DNA of 64,000 nucleotides, taken from assembly GCF_009914755.1 (NCBI RefSeq), contig NC_060947.1. One strand, 5' to 3'. A model generated the notes under the pieces. It saw only the letters and a program-made list of their open reading frames with translations. It made no database searches and was not told the origin of the DNA. Source of the stretch: the human T2T-CHM13v2.0 reference genome, Homo sapiens. Position 1 is the first letter of the stretch; each line of letters begins with the position of its first letter. Of the stretch, positions 1 to 16,735 are shown one piece after another. Position numbers and translations under genes: made by a program.

Positions 1-81
1 GAAATTTGGCGCCACAGCAGTTCTGTGGTCTCACGATATGTCCTGCCAATGCCTTCTTGTGATGCTCCTGAGATCAGATAA

Positions 82-591
<510 letters not shown>

Positions 592-669
592 TGATGGTTA
601 GTGGGGGTCCCAGACATGCCATGGGTCTTCTGTTCTTTCTTTCTGCAGATGGAATTCTTGTTTTTCTGA

Positions 670-1139
<470 letters not shown>

Positions 1140-1433
1140 TGATAAAAATATTAATACATAGCATAAATGTTGCCATTTTAGCCACTTTAAGTGCACAATT
1201 TAGTGGCATTAATTGCATTCACAATGTTGTGCAAATATTACCATTGTCATTTCCAAAATATTTTTATCATCCCGAACAGCAGCTCTGTACTCATTAAGCA
1301 ATAATTCATTCCTTGCTCCCTCTAGCCCCTGGACATCTGTAATCTAATTTCTGTCTTTATGAATTTGCCTATTCTAGTATTTTAGATATTACACATAAGT
1401 GGAATTATGCAATATGTGGCCTTTTATATCTGA

Positions 1434-1770
<337 letters not shown>

Positions 1771-1826
1771 CACTTAGCCTAATGTTTTTAAGACTCATCC
1801 ATGTTGCAGCATATATTAAAACTTTC

Positions 1827-2143
1827 GGCTGGGTGCGGTGGCTCACCCCTGTAATCCCAGCACTTTGGGAGGCCGAGGCGGCCAGATTGCTTGGGCTCAG
1901 GAGTTCAAGACAAGCCTGGAAGCCTGGACAACATGGTGAAACTCCATCTCTACAGAAAAAAAAAAAATACAGAAATTAGCCAGACGTGGTGGCATGTGCC
2001 TGTGGTCTCAGCTACTTGGGAGGCTGAGGCAGGAAGATGGCCTGAGCCAGGGAGGTTGAGGCTGCAGTGATCCTAGATCATGCCGCTGCACTCCAGCCTG
2101 GGCGACAGAGAGAGACCTTGTCTCAAAAATAAAATAAAATAAA
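1827..2143 (+). mobile_element. Alu (AluJ-like)
   Basis: Dimeric Alu with GAGGCTGCAGTG in the right arm. Confidence 0.9.
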
Positions 2144-2668
2144 ACTTTATTCCTTTTTAGTGCTGAATAATGTTCCATTGTATGTGTATACCACATTTTC
2201 TTTATTCATTCATCTCTTGGTGGGCACTCAGGTTGTTCCCATTCTTAGGCTATTGTGAATAATGCTGCAACTAACACTGCTATGTCAATACCTGCTTAAG
2301 TCGTTGTTTTCAATTTTGGAGAGGGTATATATCTGGCAGTGGAATTGCAGGATCATATGGTAATTCTATGTTTAACATTGAAGAACCACCAAACTATTTT
2401 CCACAGTAGCTGCACAATTTTACTTTCCCATCAACAACGTAAGAAGGTTACAATTTCTCCATACCCTCACCAACACTTATTATTTTCTCTTTTTTTGATT
2501 ATAGCCATACTAGTGGGTGTGATGTGCTGTGTCCTTGCGGTTTGTATTCACATTTCTTTGATGACTCATGATGTTGAGTATCTTTTCATATACTTATAAC
2601 CATTTGCATATTTTTTTTGAGAAAGGTCTATTCAAGTCCTTTGCACATTTTAATTGGACTATTTGTCC

Positions 2669-2962
<294 letters not shown>

Positions 2963-3259
2963 TTGTCTTCTTGTTTTTGAGTTATAATTATTTATATATT
3001 CTAGATATTAAACCCCCATCTGATGATTCACAAATACTTTCTCTCATCTCTGGGTCATTTTTTTACTGTCTTGATAGAGTCTTTTGGTGCACAAATGTTA
3101 TAATTTTGGTAAAGTTTAATTCATTGCTGCTGTCTGTGCTCTTGATGTCATTTTAAAAGAAACCAACAAAGTTACGCAGATTTCCCCTACGTGTTTTTCT
3201 AAGAGTTATTTTTAGCTTTAGCTATTAAATTGAGGTCTTTGATCTAAGTTAATTTTTTA

Positions 3260-3579
<320 letters not shown>

Positions 3580-4839
3580 TAAGTTAATTTTTGTATATGA
3601 TGAAAGATAAGGGTCCAACTTCATTCTTTTGCCTGTGGATATCTAGTTTTCCCAGTGCCATTTGTTGAAGAGATGATTCTTTCTTCATCAAATGGGCTTA
3701 TCACCCTTGTCCAACATCAATTGACTGTATATGTGAGGTTTTATTTCTGGGCAAAGATGATACTTCTATATAACAATCAGTAAAGAGACAGGTAGACTTA
3801 AGGTCTAGTTTGGTAGTTTTTCCCTACTAACAAGTACATACTTCTTTGGATTGCTTGTGTTTTCCTTTATTGCCCCCTAAAGAGAAACCCTTAGCTCATA
3901 TTCTTACCTGCTTCCTTTTGGATTAAAATTTAACTTGTTCATAGTTTCCTCCTTCAGCAGCTTCATTTTACTTAAAAGCCCTCTGACCCAGCCTGTCTCT
4001 GCATTTCTGACTTTTCCTCTTTTATGAGATCCATTAGTAGAACTGCTCCCGACTAATCAGAAGACATATTTTGCCTTCCAATTTCTTGTCTGTCATTGAC
4101 TTCTTAGACTCATCAAATCTTAATGTACCAGATTTGGAAGATAACTTCGTGGCAACTTGTCCAGAGGTTTTCAAACTGCTCCATAGTAACATGGAGATGC
4201 CTCAGGGATCACAATGGGGGGCATAGCAGGAAGGTATTTGGGCCCCCACCCCTGTTCAACCAAAGCTACCCAACTTTTCCGTCTTGTATAGATTGGGGCT
4301 CAATGTAGGGTCTTGCTGGGAGAAGGGGCTGATTTCTGTTTCTTACAGGTACAAGCAATAGAAATTTACTCTGGATAACAAGCAAAGGGAATGGGGGAAA
4401 TATACTATTAGAAGGAAATGGGAGTAGTTGAAGGGAAAAGTAGACTACTTGGTCTCAGAAAAAAAAGTAGGAATGGGGCAGCTCTGGGGATCTCAGTTGT
4501 GGGAACTCAGTGACAGATTCATTAGGCCACTCCTGCTGATATTAATCAGCTTCAACTGCTCCTGCCCCCTTTGCAACTTTACTTTGCTAGACATTTACTA
4601 TCCCTGGAGAGAGAATGGCTTATCTTAGTTCAGCTGTTCACTTTTGGCCAGAGAAAGACAAGAAATCATCAATTGACAGTCCCACCAAGACACCATGAAA
4701 TGGGGGAGAAGCTGCTTCCCAAAAGAAAATGCAAGGTTTTGTTCTGTTTTGTTTACCAGGAAAAGGGGAACCTAGTCAGGTAAAACAACAGGTGTTTGCT
4801 AAAATCACTAAAAAATAAATTGAAAACCCATGATCTAGA

Positions 4840-5052
4840 CCAGAACTTAGCAAACTATAGCCTATGGGTCAAATCTAGCCAGTGGCCAGTTTTTGTAGAC
4901 CTGTGCACTAAGAATGGTTTTTACATTTTTTCCAAAAAGCAGGGGTCTTGTTATGTTGCCCAGTCTGGACTCAAACTCCTGGGCTCAGGCTAATCTCTCA
5001 CTTCAGCCTCCCAAGTAGCTGGTACTACAGGCACATACCACCACAGCTGGCC
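4840..5052. mobile_element. MER58-like DNA transposon fragment followed by a FLAM/Alu monomer
   Basis: GCAAACTATAGCCTATGGGTCAAATCTAGCC resembles the MER58 5' end. Alu monomer at about 4937-5052 on -. Confidence 0.6.
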
Positions 5053-5162
5053 TGATTTTTAACATTTTAAAGGATTTTTTAAATACCCAAAAATGGGACA
5101 AAATATTTACAAATCATATGTTTGATAAGGGATTTTAATCCAGAGTAAATAAAGAACACTTA

Positions 5163-5424
<262 letters not shown>

Positions 5425-5585
5425 TTGCAACTCAACATTAAAAAGACAAATAATCCAGTCTTAAAATGGGCAAAGGATTTGAATAGACATTTCTTCAAAG
5501 AAGATAAACAAGTTGTCAATAAATACATGAAAAGATGCTCAGCATCATGAATCATTATGGGAATTCAAATCAAAACCTCAGTGAG

Positions 5586-5868
5586 GGCCGGGCATGGTGG
5601 CTCATGCCTATAATCCCAGCACTTCAGGAGGCCAAGGCAGGCGAGTCGCTTGAGCCCAGGATTTCAAGACCAGCCTGGACAATATGGCAAAACCCAGTCT
5701 CTACCAAAAAAAAAAAAAAAAAAAAAAATTAGCTGGCCATGATGGTGTGTACCTGTAGTCCCAGCAACTCGGGAGGTTGAGGTAGGAGGATCGCTTGGGC
5801 CTGGGAGGTTGAGCCATGATCACACCACTGCACTCCAGCCTGGGTGACAGAGCGAGACTCTGTCTCAA

Positions 5869-5911
<43 letters not shown>

Positions 5912-5913
5912 AA
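5586..5913 (+). mobile_element. Alu (AluJ-like) with (TAAA)n tail
   Basis: Dimeric Alu with a tetranucleotide tail. Confidence 0.9.
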
Positions 5914-7385
5914 CCTAGAAAGTAGATTATAGGTTGCCTAGGGCTGGGGGTGATAGGAGAAAATGGGAGTGACAGCTAATGGGTGTAGGATTTTGTTTGG
6001 TTTGGTCTGCGTGGTGATGAAAATCTAAAATTCATGTGGGAATGGTTGCACAACATAATGAATATACAAAAACGCCAATGGGTGCACTACAATATGCAAA
6101 TTCTATCTCCAATAAGGCTGTTAACAAATGAAGAGGTAACGAAGAATATGCTGGGATGTCTGTGGTCTGTATTACCTGTGCGATTTCCTTCCTTCTGGAA
6201 GGGTTTGCTGAGCCCTGCTCTAGTCTGATTCTCTCAGTCTACACAGACAGATACTGTGATCCAGAGAAGGCAGAGTGGAGAGCCGGCTGATTGCACTCGG
6301 CTATGTGAGTCATTCTCTCACCTGCTCCTTGTTAACACACAGTTGAACCCCAAAGAGAGGCATTTGTCTCCCCTAGAGGCTTTGGAGATGAAACCCAAAA
6401 CCCTGTGGCCAAAGGTTTCCCAATCTGAAGTGGCAAACTCTTGGTTAGCCTGGAAGAAGTGAGCAACTTTCCCTTCCCATCAGATATTTCCAGTGGTGCC
6501 TGCAAGCTCCATGCTCCTTGGGATTTAAAAACACAATTTATTTTCTTCGTTAAAGCCTATTCTTCTAACACCCTGCAACATTTACAAATTACTTCAGTAG
6601 AAGAAATATTTAGAAAGTGCACTAAGTAAGACTCTGTATCCTTTTTCATAAAAGATTTAAAGTAATTTTTAAGCATGGCTTTGGAACACAGAGTGAAAGG
6701 TGTTTCATCTTGCTCCTTCAAGGATTAAAGGTGCGCATGAGCCTCTTGCCATAAAAATAGCCCCAGAGTAATGCTTTGCTTTATTCTAGGAAATGGTGGT
6801 GAGTAGGCCTTCATGCCTGCCCCTCCATTCCTAGTCTTATGTTAGATGCTTTTGGAATTGCACTTCTCCCCCAGATTGGACTGTGATCTCTCTCTGGGGG
6901 GTTGGGAGTATAAACTTCAGTATATACAACATGTAATAACATATGTGGCTGATGTTACTATCATAACCAGTGTATCCTTCACAGCACTTTTATCCTTGGA
7001 CATGGGTAGGGGCCATGGAAGCAGAGCCTTGTCTGCAGAGGCCAATCTCTCTGCATCTCTGCAATCCCACCAATTTTACTTTTCACAGACCTTCTGACTT
7101 GTACACTGATTTGCAGTGGGGGTCCAGCTCTGTCTTCATTCCTGAGCCCCCTTCTTTGTTTTCCTTTTTGTACCAGCTCCACTTCATTCCTTGTGCTCAA
7201 CTCGGCCCTGACTCCCAGAACAGGATCCTAGGTCAGCATCTGGGCCCCTAATTATAGGAAAATAATTCCCATCACTGTCTTCACCTCTTTCTCCAGCTGG
7301 CCTCAGTCTGGGTCTCCACTTGAACACCAGGTTTCCTATAATGAAGTGAACGAGTGGTCCAAGGTCTCCAAAATAGCAAATTTGC

Positions 7386-7424
7386 TTTTTCTTTTCTTTC
7401 CCCTTTCTTTCCTTTCCTTTCCTT

Positions 7425-7455
<31 letters not shown>

Positions 7456-7573
7456 TTCCCTCTCTCTTTCTTTCCTTTCCCTCCCTCCCTTCCTCCCTCC
7501 CTCCCTCCCTCCCTCCCTTCCTTCCTTCCTTCCCTCCTTCCTTTCTCTCTCTCTCTCTCTCTCTCTTTTCCTT
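7386..7573. repeat. CT-rich low-complexity tract (expanded Alu tail)
   Basis: (TTTC)/(CCCT)/(CCTT)/(CT) blocks next to a minus-strand Alu. Confidence 0.9.
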
Positions 7574-7820
7574 CACAGGGTCTCACTGTGTTGTCCAGAC
7601 TGGAGTGCGATGGCACCATCATAGGTCACGGTAACCTCACCTTCTGGGCTCACGTGATCCTCCCTCCTCAGCCTCCCAAGTAGCTAGGACTACAGACGTG
7701 CACCACTATACCCACTAATTTTTTGCCTATGCTGGTCTCAAACTCCTGACTTCAAGTGATCCTCCCACTTCAGCCTCTAAAAGCACTGGGATTACAAGTG
7801 TGAGTCATCACTCTTGCTGC
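7574..7820 (-). mobile_element. Alu (AluJ-like, diverged)
   Basis: Alu motifs with an internal deletion. Confidence 0.85.
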
Positions 7821-9171
7821 AAATGAGCTCTTGATACATTTTCTATCTTTGAGCTTCTAGTCAGTTGCTGAATGTACTGTTTCTTCCTCTTCCTCCCCCT
7901 ACCCTCTTTTCCTTGTGAAGCATCTGCTAGAAAATCAGTCAATCCCTAATTTGAGTATTTTCGATAGGATTTTTGTTTTGTCTTGTTCTGTTTGCTTTGT
8001 TCCATTCTGTTTTTGAGACAGAGGAGACAGATAATTGACTGAAATCCAGTTCTACACAACAATGTAGGCTGAGGGAGAATGTAGGTACAGGTAGGGCCGA
8101 GAAAAACTGTACTCCTCAGACAATGCCTGGCACTCCTGTAACCTTGAAGATTAGGTCAAACTGTTTGAAGCACCCCAAACCACAGAACAAAGCCCCAGCC
8201 TTGAAATATGCATTTCAATACTGGCAGTTGAATTTTCCAGCCCAGTTCTGAGGCTGGGAAACACAGAGACAGTTGAGCTATTTGTTTGGAGATTCTTCAG
8301 TGAAGTTGATGAGCTTCTCTCTTTCCAGGAGTGCTTAAAAATGCCAAGAAACTTCATGGATCATTTCGCTGCTCTGGATTCTCTCTCGGGTCATTGTTGG
8401 CCTTCGTCCCAGGCCTCCTCTGGTAGCCAACTCCCTCATTCCAGCAATCATTTCTTTGCAGGAGTTTGCTTCTAACCTTTCAGCGTGTGTCCCAAATATT
8501 TAGAGATGGACTCAATCCAGTAGAATGATTTTTTTTTTTCTTTAACTCATTTAAATCACTTAGGAAAAATGAAAGCTGTAAGCTGAATAAACATAGCATT
8601 TGCCTCAGCCCAGTCCCTCCTGGCTGGAGCCTCTCTGATCTACCAGTTCCTGGGGCCCCTTCCGTTCTGACTCTCACCTTCCTTGCCAATCCAAGGGCAC
8701 TTGGGACTTAACAATCCAGTCCCACGTGTGGGGCTTCTTTGTAACGTGCCAGCCAACAGTGCTCCTTGAGCAATCGAACCTTAAGTTTTCTCTATGATCG
8801 TCTTTGTTTCCTTGAGGTTTATTATGGGGTGTGACACCTGCCGTTGATTATCTGGCCCTGTAGCCTGGCTTGGCTCTACCGGGATGGAAAGAGTCGGCTC
8901 CTTCTGGAGGGAGCAGGCTGAGGGCTGGCACAGGGTAGAGCTGCATCAGGCTCCCTGGCTCTGTTTATTACTTGCTATTTTGAGACTTTCTTCCCATGGA
9001 AATGCCGCATGGCTCCAGTGCTAGAGAGAAGCGTGAGATGAGTTCCATGTGAGGGAAACATTTTGAGTGTGTTGACACATTATGTTTATCTTTCAAGACT
9101 CTCTTAGGTGGCGTCTGCCCACGCAGAGTGAGGAGAAATGGAGGTCTGTGGGGATTAGATGACTCCTTCAG

Positions 9172-9174
<3 letters not shown>

Positions 9175-9207
<33 letters not shown>

Positions 9208-9289
9208 AAGGAAGGAAAGACAAAAGAAAAGAAAAAGAAATAAAAGGAAGGAAAGAAAGAAAAAGAAAAGAAAAAGAAGGAAAGATAGA
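9175..9289. repeat. (GA)n / GA-rich tract
   Basis: GAGAGA run followed by GAAA/GGAA units. Confidence 0.9.
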
Positions 9290-9596
<307 letters not shown>

Positions 9597-10730
9597 TGCC
9601 TAACGAAACTAGAGAGAAAAAAGAATAAGAGGCTTGTAATAAATGGGAAAAAGAAGTAAATTTCAAGAGAGCAAAACTCTGTCTCAAGATTTAAAAAAAA
9701 GTAAAAGAAGGAAAGGTAAAAAAAAATAAAGAAAAAGAAGGAAAGATGAAAGAAAGAAAAAAGAAAAGAAATATGGTCCCATATTTCTTCCACAGTCTTC
9801 CAAGGGACTACGTGTATTTAGCCTACATTAGGCATCTAACTGCTTTCACTCTCCTCAGTGCTTGATCTATGTGTGGATACAGCCCCAGTGAAGCCCTTTC
9901 TGCTTAGTGGTTATGACTGTTGAAGCTCTGGGAAAGCTGTGAGAAGAGGCTCTTTTTGATTCTAGGATCATATTATGGTTTCTAAGAGACACATATTTTA
10001 TTCACATAGCCCTTACTGCTTGTAATAGGGGAAGCACACATCCAGGATTTGCAGACAAAAGAATCCACTCCAGCCTTGGAGGGAGGACAGGGAGCCATGG
10101 GCAATCAGCAAATTACCCAGAGTGCCCCCCTCCTGCCTCCAGGAAAAATAGAAAGCATATTAAGAACAGGAAGAAGCCATTTAGCCGAACTTTCCCATCT
10201 TTGGAGGATTTACTTTAATCACATCTTTCAGCTCTTTCACCATCCCCGACACTTCCTGACGCCTCCTTGAACAGATCTAGGTGTCCCTCTCTGGAGCCTG
10301 AGCCGTTCTCACGCGGGCTCCGTTGCCCTGCCTCTGATAAGCTATTCCATATGGCTAGGGCTCTTTGTTCTCACAGTGCTAGGTTTTACAACTTCCCATT
10401 GACTCGGAGTTTCTTATTTTTTCAATGGGCTCTTCGGGGATTTGCACCTCCTGCTAATATACAAATTATTTTCTCAGTTGCATCATGTCCGTTTCTAATT
10501 TTTAAGACATTTTATAAGGAGCTCTCCCATATAAGGGCCAGCCAGAGGAATACAGGAAGGAACTTATACGGAGCCTCAGTTCCCCAGGGAAACCTCTCGG
10601 ACACCACCTTGTGCAGCTTGCTCAGAAGGTAAATCCTAAGGCTTTTGTCATAAGTCAAAGGAACGCAGCTAAGAATCTTTAGGGCCCACTTGTAGTCTGC
10701 TCACCCTGTATAAGTTAGGCCAGAACTGTC

Positions 10731-11017
10731 TTTTTTTTTTTTTTTTTTTTTTTTTTTTGAGACAGAGTTTCCCTCTTGTTGCCCAGGCTGGAGTGCAATG
10801 GGACAATCTCGGGTTCAAGCGATTCTCCTGCCTCAGTCTCCCGAGTAGCTGGAATTACAGACATGCGCCACCATGCTGGGCTAATTTTGTATTTTTAGTA
10901 GAGACAAGCTTTCTCCATGTTGGTCAGGCTGGTCTCAAACTCCCAACCTCAGGTGATCCGCCCGCCTCAGCCTCCCAAAGTGCTGGGATTACAGGCGTGA
11001 GCCACCGTGCATGGCAG
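10731..11017 (-). mobile_element. Alu (AluSp-like) with internal deletion
   Basis: TTTCTCCATGTTGGTCAGG diagnostic, long T tail, CTGTCTTTT on both flanks. Confidence 0.9.
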
Positions 11018-11302
11018 GCCTGTCTTTTGGAACTCAAAATGGTCAGGGGGAAAGCACATGATTCAGGGAAATGAACAGTGGAAGTTTCCAGGGGTAGAAG
11101 TTAGAACGGAGTGGCTGCCCTCACTCCCCTATCAGAACAGGGAGCAGCAGGTTGAGGTCTCGCCATCACCATTTGTTTGATGTTAGTGCCTTAAATAACT
11201 TCAGCCTTGTCTTTTGAAGCAACCAGTGCTAAAAATATAGAGCCTAATAGTTGCATTCACATCTATGCCAGACTAATGTACCTAGGAAATTGCATGGTAT
11301 AA

Positions 11303-11486
11303 AGTAGGGTTTTACTGCTGTATATTAGAATCACCTGGGGAGCTATTAAAACCTACTCATACTCAGACCTTACCTCCAGGGACTCTGTTTTAATTGGCTG
11401 GGGATGGGCCCTGGGCATTGGGATGCTTTAAAGCTCCCCAGGTGATTCTAATGTGCAGTCAAGGCAGTCAAGGTTAAGAACCACTA
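11303..11486. mobile_element. MER5A-type hAT-Charlie DNA transposon
   Basis: Internal inverted AGAATCACCTGGGGAGCT / AGCTCCCCAGGTGATTCT and terminal TTAAGAACCACT. Confidence 0.85.
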
Positions 11487-11499
11487 GTATGATGAAAAG

Positions 11500-11675
11500 A
11501 ACTTGACCCTTGGTGTTGGTCAGAACTAGGTTCAAATCCTGCCTCTGCCCCTTAATAACAGTGGAACGTCTTAAGCCTCAGTTTCTTTGTTCAGAAACTA
11601 GGGATAATAATACTACCTCTATTGGAGAGAAGGAGCTAATGTATATAAAGCACTTCACAATGCCTGGCATACAGG
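11500..11675 (+). mobile_element. MIR
   Basis: GGTTCAAATCCTGCCTCTGCC...AGCCTCAGTTTC...GGGATAATAAT core. Confidence 0.75.
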
Positions 11676-11716
11676 TATCCCAATCCCAACACTCACATGC
11701 TCCAACACACCATGCT

Positions 11717-11776
11717 CTTTTTTTCTTTTCTTTTCTTTTCTTTTCTTTTCTTTTCTTCTTTCTTTCTCTCTTTCTC

Positions 11777-11827
<51 letters not shown>

Positions 11828-12131
11828 CTTTCTTTCTTTCTTTTTTTTTTGGACAGGGTCTCACTCTGTCACCCAGGAAGGAGTGCAGTGGTGTGATCAC
11901 AGCTCACTGCAGCCTCAACTTTCTAGGCTCAGGTGATTATCCCACCTCAGTCCTCCCAAGTAGCTGGGACTACAGGCATGCACCACCACGCCTGGCTAAT
12001 TTTTTGCATTTTTTGTAGAGAAGGGGTTTCACCATGTTGCCCAGGCTGGTCTTAAACCCCTGGGCTTAAGCAATCCACTTGTCTCAGCCTCCCAAAGTGT
12101 TCGGATTGTAGACTTGAACTACTGTGCCGGG
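11717..12131 (-). mobile_element. Alu (AluJ-like) with (TTTC)n tail
   Basis: Alu motifs with a long TTTC microsatellite tail at 11717-11850. Confidence 0.92.
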
Positions 12132-12416
12132 CTTATGCTACCTTTTAAACCATTAAGCTCCAGCAGTTTGTAGAAATTATCCATATTCAACTTTTTGTAT
12201 AGATCAAAATACATAAGGTAGAAAAAAGCTAATGAGGAAGAACATTGAACTCGAGGTTCAACATTTAGATCTAGGCTTTCTGGCCCAGAGGAGTTTGATG
12301 GCATTTTACTTCAGTGACCGAAACTTTGAAAGTAGAACACAAAGTAGTCTGCATAGTTTACACATACTTGGTTGTGCAAAGACCAGATGAGAGAGACACA
12401 GTTTGATAACAGTTCA

Positions 12417-12767
<351 letters not shown>

Positions 12768-12769
12768 CT

Positions 12770-13130
12770 AAATAAGGGTGGACAGTGCCACGTGACTGCT
12801 AAAACAGCCAACATGTTTAAATAACATTTAAAGGAAGGAGGAAAGGAGTCCATCATGTCCCTGCACTGGCAAGGGAAGTTGTCTCCAGAGGCTGGCAGAG
12901 AGGCATCTATCAGAGAGACCTTGAGAAATCCAGAGGAGTGTCACATGGAGAACTCTTGAAGCAACCAGGGATTTATTTGGAGAGGCTATGTTGACTGTTA
13001 TCAAATCCTTATCAAAGAGAAGGATTTGGCATTTTCTGTCTTGTCCCAGAGGGCAGGACTAAAACCAGTGGGTGGCAGTTATGAGCAGGTCTGTTTCAGC
13101 TTGTTGGACAACAGGTCCAAGGAGAGCACT
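12770..13130 (+). mobile_element. Possible L3/CR1 fragment
   Basis: Motifs such as CCAGAGGGCAGGACTAAAACCAGTGGGTGGCAGTTA resemble the CR1/L3 3' region. Highly diverged. Confidence 0.4.
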
Positions 13131-13410
13131 TTGACAATTCTAAGAGACTACAATTCTAGAAGGGTCCTGTTTTAAACTCCTTGTTTATATGAACAACCCA
13201 TGACCTAGTGAAGGCTCTGTTGCTGGCCAGCTATATAATCCTGGACACGTCACTTCCTCTCTCTGTGTTTTGGCAAAATGATGTTGGGCTAATTCATAAC
13301 AAAGAACCCTTACAGCTTACTCAGTAAATATTTATTGAGCATGTATTGTGAGCTAGTCACTATACTAGACTTGCACTCAGATATTTCTTCCACCTAGGAC
13401 ATTTCAGTAC

Positions 13411-13763
13411 TTTTTTATTTTTTTTATTTTTTATTGTATTTTATTGTTTTTTGAGACAAGGTCTCATTCTGTCACCTAGGCTGGAGTGCAGTCATGGCTC
13501 ACTGCAGCCTCAACCTCTCAGGGTCAAGTGAGTCTCCCACTTCAGCCTCTGGAGTAGCTGGGAACACAGGCATGCACCACCACACCTGGCTAATTTAAAT
13601 TTTTTGTTTGTTTGTTTGTTTGTTTGTTTGTTTTTTAGAGACTGGGTCTCACTATGCTGCCCAGGCTGGCCTCCAGTGACCCTCCTGCCTTGGCCTCAAG
13701 TGATCCTCCTGCCTCTGCCTCCCAAAGTACTGGGGTTATAGGTGTGAGCCACTGTGCCTAGCC
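13411..13763 (-). mobile_element. Alu (AluJ-like)
   Basis: Alu motifs, (TTTG)n linker, short internal duplication. Confidence 0.88.
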
Positions 13764-14819
13764 CACTTCAGTGCTTATTCACAGCACTTCCTTTTTGTCA
13801 GGTGACCCTTTAAAACACATTTACAATGACCTCCCCAGAGCATCCCACTCTAAGCCCAGGGGTTGGGATTGAACTAAAGGGAGACACATAGGGTCCTTAG
13901 ACCAGAACAATAGGAGACTGTGGAAACTTGCTTATATGGTTTGATGAGGCTGAATGGGAATTAAATCCAGATTTACCACTGAAGAAGATAAATGCTTCTT
14001 AGAATAGGGCTTTTTAAGAAACTTCATTATAAGCAGATTTTCTATATCAGATTTGTGGATCAAAAGCATTTTGACACGTGTGTGTGGGTATATATGTAGG
14101 CATATGGCAGGCTTTGGGAACCTCTGGTTCGGTGCCTAATTATATCCAGTCCTGGCAAAGTTCAGTCACAAGTTTGAGAATCTGTGGGAGGGGCACAGTT
14201 AAGGCTGGGCTTCCTAGTGGATGGCCAAGTACTTTGGGGCAACCATGAAGTATAATACTTTCTGCAGCAATCAGGTTTGAGGGGCCCTGACAAAAAAGAC
14301 AAACCTGAAGTGGCCTGGATCTCTCTTTTAGTCCAGAGTTGGCAGAGTGAAAAGCCCCGCCCAGAGTGAGCCAAGGGTCAGCTTAAGGTTGGGGAGACTT
14401 TACCCATCTTGCCTCTGATTTCCCAGGAACCTTTAGCATTTTCTGATTTCTGTGTCTGTGCTTGGAACTGGGAGTGGATGTGTAGGTCTGCTCTCAGGAA
14501 GAACAGATATCCAGCTTGTGGTTTAGCTTCCTTTTTCTGGCTAAGAGATCCTTGGACAACCTCAGGGGCTAAGTCCCTTTGCCTGGGTATACCTGGGGAC
14601 TCCAGCAAGCCCCTTCTAGGCACCCCACTGTTCTTCAGTACCTCATGGACCTGAGGTTTCCGCTTCTGATTATGCTGTCTCTCAATTGCCTGGACTTGGT
14701 CTGGTGGGGTCTGGGGCTTTCTGCTTTCCTTCTTACATTCAGATTTATCATACAACATCGGGCCTGGAGAAATGATGTCAGAATTAGCCCAGAAAGTCTG
14801 GAGTGTAGGCTGACTGTGC

Positions 14820-14960
14820 TTTGATGGACATACTCCTGGCCTGGGAGTCTGTTGACCTGAGGTCTAGCCTTAGCTCAAGCATTAACCAGCAGCAAAACTT
14901 TGGCCAAATCACTTCCCCTCTCTGGGCCTCAATTTCCCCCTCAATTAAATTAGGATGTTG
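14820..14960 (+). mobile_element. MIR
   Basis: TTGGCCAAATCACTTCCCCTCTCTGGGCCTCAATTTCC core. Confidence 0.65.
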
Positions 14961-14970
14961 GCATGGCTGA

Positions 14971-15516
<546 letters not shown>

Positions 15517-16031
15517 TGAAGCAAATTTGTAAAATAGAACACGTTTTTCAGTAAATTGTCATGGTCCACTTTCTTAATGATCCAGTGTGTGTTGCTGAGA
15601 GGTAATAATAGGGCCCCACACCTTGCCCTTCCTTGAGAAGCAGTCACTGCCAATAGAAGTCACTTTTGATAATCGCAAGTGACCTGTAATTGGCATTTGT
15701 TTAGTGGATCAGTGGCCACCACGGAGGAGAGGTTCCCCTGCCCTTAGCTGTAGCATCTGATCCACTTGGTTAGCTCAGGCTGTGGACAGGACATTGTTAA
15801 AAATAGCTGGCTTGGGTGGGGGCATCTTATGTGTTGCTTGGGACTTGATGAGTCTGTGAGGAGAGAAGGGAGTGCCTTGCTTGCTATAGAAAGTGCAGAC
15901 CTTAGACACATGTCAGCCTTCAGGTTTTTCTAAGACAGAACCCCTTGTATAACAATCAGACTCTTCGGAATCCCTGAAACTGGGAAGGAAGGGCACTTGG
16001 ACTTGGTTAAAAAAAAAATCCAAATTTCAGG

Positions 16032-16352
16032 TTATTTATTTATTTTTTGCAGGGGGTAAGGGGAGACAGGGTATGGCTCTGTCACCCAGGCTATAGTACA
16101 GTGGCATGATCATGGCTCACTGCAGCCTCAACCCTCAACCTCCCAGGCTCAAGTGATCTTCCCAGCTCAGCTTCCCAAGTAGTTGGGACTACAGGCATGT
16201 GCCACCTTGTCTGGCTAATTTTTAAATTTTTTTTTAGAGACAGGGTTTCACCTTGTTGCCCAGGTTGGTCTCAAAGTCCTGGCCTCAAATGATCCTCCTG
16301 CCCCGACCTCCTAAAGAACTGAGATTACAGGTGTGAGCCACTGCGCCTGACC
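16032..16352 (-). mobile_element. Alu (AluJ-like)
   Basis: Full Alu motifs. Confidence 0.88.
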
Positions 16353-16586
16353 TGTGAAGCTTTTTGACTGGAACTTCCACCTCTGTTTCCTGATGCCTCC
16401 TCTCTCCACTGAGCCCTTTCCCTCAAACCTCTTCTGTGTCCCATCCCAAAGGTTCTGAGACACTTAATAGTACTATCAAAATCAACTACTAATATTATCA
16501 TCTTAGGGCCTGGCCTTCCTTTCCTACAGCTGTAGCCACTTGACATACCCCTCCACCTCAGCTCAGCTCACCTCACCTCAGCAACT

Positions 16587-16735
16587 ATTTTTCTTTTCCT
16601 TTTTCCCCTTTTTTTTTTGAGATGAGAGTATTGTTATGTTGCCCAGGCTGGTCTCAAACTCTGGGACTCAAGCGGTCCTCCTGCCTCAGTCTCTCAAGTA
16701 GCTGGGACTACAGGTGTGTGCCACAATGTTGGGCT
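16587..16735 (-). mobile_element. FLAM / Alu monomer
   Basis: Single monomer with T-rich tail. ACTATTTTT on both flanks. Confidence 0.8.

Noticed and set aside
11325-11452. 18-bp inverted repeat
   Set aside because: Intrinsic to the palindromic MER5A transposon.
14378-14758. 126-aa minus-strand ORF in non-Alu DNA
   Set aside because: No recognisable domain, splice context or ATG start.
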